Positions 57,290-58,225 of a stretch of DNA of 58,225 nucleotides are shown piece by piece. Source of the DNA: an uncultured Eubacteriales bacterium. Lineage in GTDB: Bacteria; Acidobacteriota; Aminicenantia; Aminicenantales; UBA8522. Below the pieces are notes generated by a model. That model did not search any database, was not told where the DNA came from, and was given only the letters and a program-made list of their open reading frames with translations. Position 1 is the first letter of the stretch, and every line of letters begins with the position of its first letter. A program made the position numbers and the translations under genes. The stretch spans positions 1-58,225 of the forward strand of contig CAZLFV010000006.1 in assembly GCA_964558915.1 (NCBI GenBank), given 5' to 3'.

Positions 57290-58225
57290 CTACCGTTTCC
57301 AACTCCGGTACAGGATCAGCGGAAGGCTCTCGGGCTTGACGACTCTATAAAAGGCAAAAATATCCCCCTTTTCGGGAACGAGCTTGAACGACCAGTAGCG
57401 AATCAGGCCATACTGGGATTGGGGCTCGAGCAGGTTGGTTATCAGGTTTGTCCCGGCCTGGCCGCAGGAAATAAAATAATCCCCTTTTTTGGCCACGATC
57501 CCGAGCATTTTCTTTTCGACTTCTATTTTTTCCGGAGGAAGGTAATCTTCCCTGGAGGGGATCACCTCGGCAACCGCATACGCTTCCACCTCAAGGGGGA
57601 TGTCTGTGGTGAATATCCCGACCTCAAACCCGTGATCCAGCAGGTTTTCGACCACATCCTGATGTTTGGCCGGGATGATGTACCCCAGAGGCCGCGGCAG
57701 GCTCAGAGTCGGGACGACATTGGGAAACCAATCCTTAATGACTTCGGGGCGGACTTTATATTTAGCCGGATAGGGAGGCCGCTCGAGCTCGGAATCCAAC
57801 ACAGCCTCCCCTGCTTTCTTGTCCACTTTCAGGATTCCAGCGACCAGGCTCTCCGCCTGCTCAAAGGCTTTTATCATCAGGACAGGATTTTTCTCATCCC
57901 GGGCAAATACCATCCATACGTGCACCAAATCATCCGCGGCCGGGGTTTTAGCTTTTTCGAGGAGACGCGCCCGGGACTCTCTGACCATGGTCATGATTTC
58001 CTCACCATGCCCGGCCACGGCCTCGACGAAAGAGCGAACACCTTGGTACTGCCAGCCCGTCCTCTCCTCGAGTGTCTTGATGTCATGCCGAGAGGCGCCC
58101 TCCTGAATGAAGGAGAGCGTCTCGTAGATGCCAAGGGAGTTCCGGCCGTCATTGAGGTCGGCCGTGCTGAAACGCTTCGTTTCGTTCACCCCAACCAAAT
58201 CCTCCTTCCGGTAGCCGATCGCGGC
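57290..58225 (-). CDS. C-terminal part of a probable M14 zinc carboxypeptidase-like protein (5' end outside the window)
   Basis: Frame is open to the window edge; GRNSLGIYETLSFIQEG, PLGYIIP ... LLDHG and Q ... LLEPQS ... W resemble bacterial M14-like C-termini. Zinc ligands are not visible. Confidence 0.6.
   Translation of the reverse strand, partial: AAIGYRKEDLVGVNETKRFSTADLNDGRNSLGIYETLSFIQEGASRHDIKTLEERTGWQYQGVRSFVEAVAGHGEEIMTMVRESRARLLEKAKTPAADDLVHVWMVFARDEKNPVLMIKAFEQAESLVAGILKVDKKAGEAVLDSELERPPYPAKYKVRPEVIKDWFPNVVPTLSLPRPLGYIIPAKHQDVVENLLDHGFEVGIFTTDIPLEVEAYAVAEVIPSREDYLPPEKIEVEKKMLGIVAKKGDYFISCGQAGTNLITNLLEPQSQYGLIRYWSFKLVPEKGDIFAFYRVVKPESLPLILYRSWKR

Overview
A gene-dense (~57 CDS), moderately GC-rich core-genome window from a diderm bacterium. 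An anaerobic peptide fermenter resembling Ca. Aminicenantes/Acidobacteriota is suggested by gene content and order, but this is inference, not a search result. Main blocks: (1) lpdA, an orphan outer-membrane barrel with a FadF/EtfD-like Fe-S oxidoreductase, and threonine aldolase; (2) a PASTA-rpe-epimerase-bamD-barrel-subtilase-recN-C_GCAxxG_C_C-miaB operon; (3) a K+-independent membrane pyrophosphatase; (4) nusA-infB-DUF503-rbfA-nrnA-truB-DUF507x2; (5) a PKD/barrel surface protein and several small genes; (6) mreBCD-mrdA-rodA-radical SAM; (7) an OPT transporter, def-fmt and an M23 peptidase; (8) a split B12 acyl-CoA mutase; (9) a partial TCA cluster (acnB, icd, mdh, fumarase beta only, sucCD) interrupted by hicBA. 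I saw no rRNA, tRNA, CRISPR array, transposase, prophage or defence island, and no single large novel system stands out. Best leads: the mutase has isobutyryl-CoA-mutase-type residues (Phe/Gln) plus an unusual Asp-to-His change, so it is probably not a methylmalonyl-CoA mutase; a 210-bp element at 5-214 with 27-bp terminal inverted repeats folds into one long hairpin; three uncharacterised outer-membrane barrel proteins have suggestive contexts; and a 59-aa HicA was missed by the ORF track.
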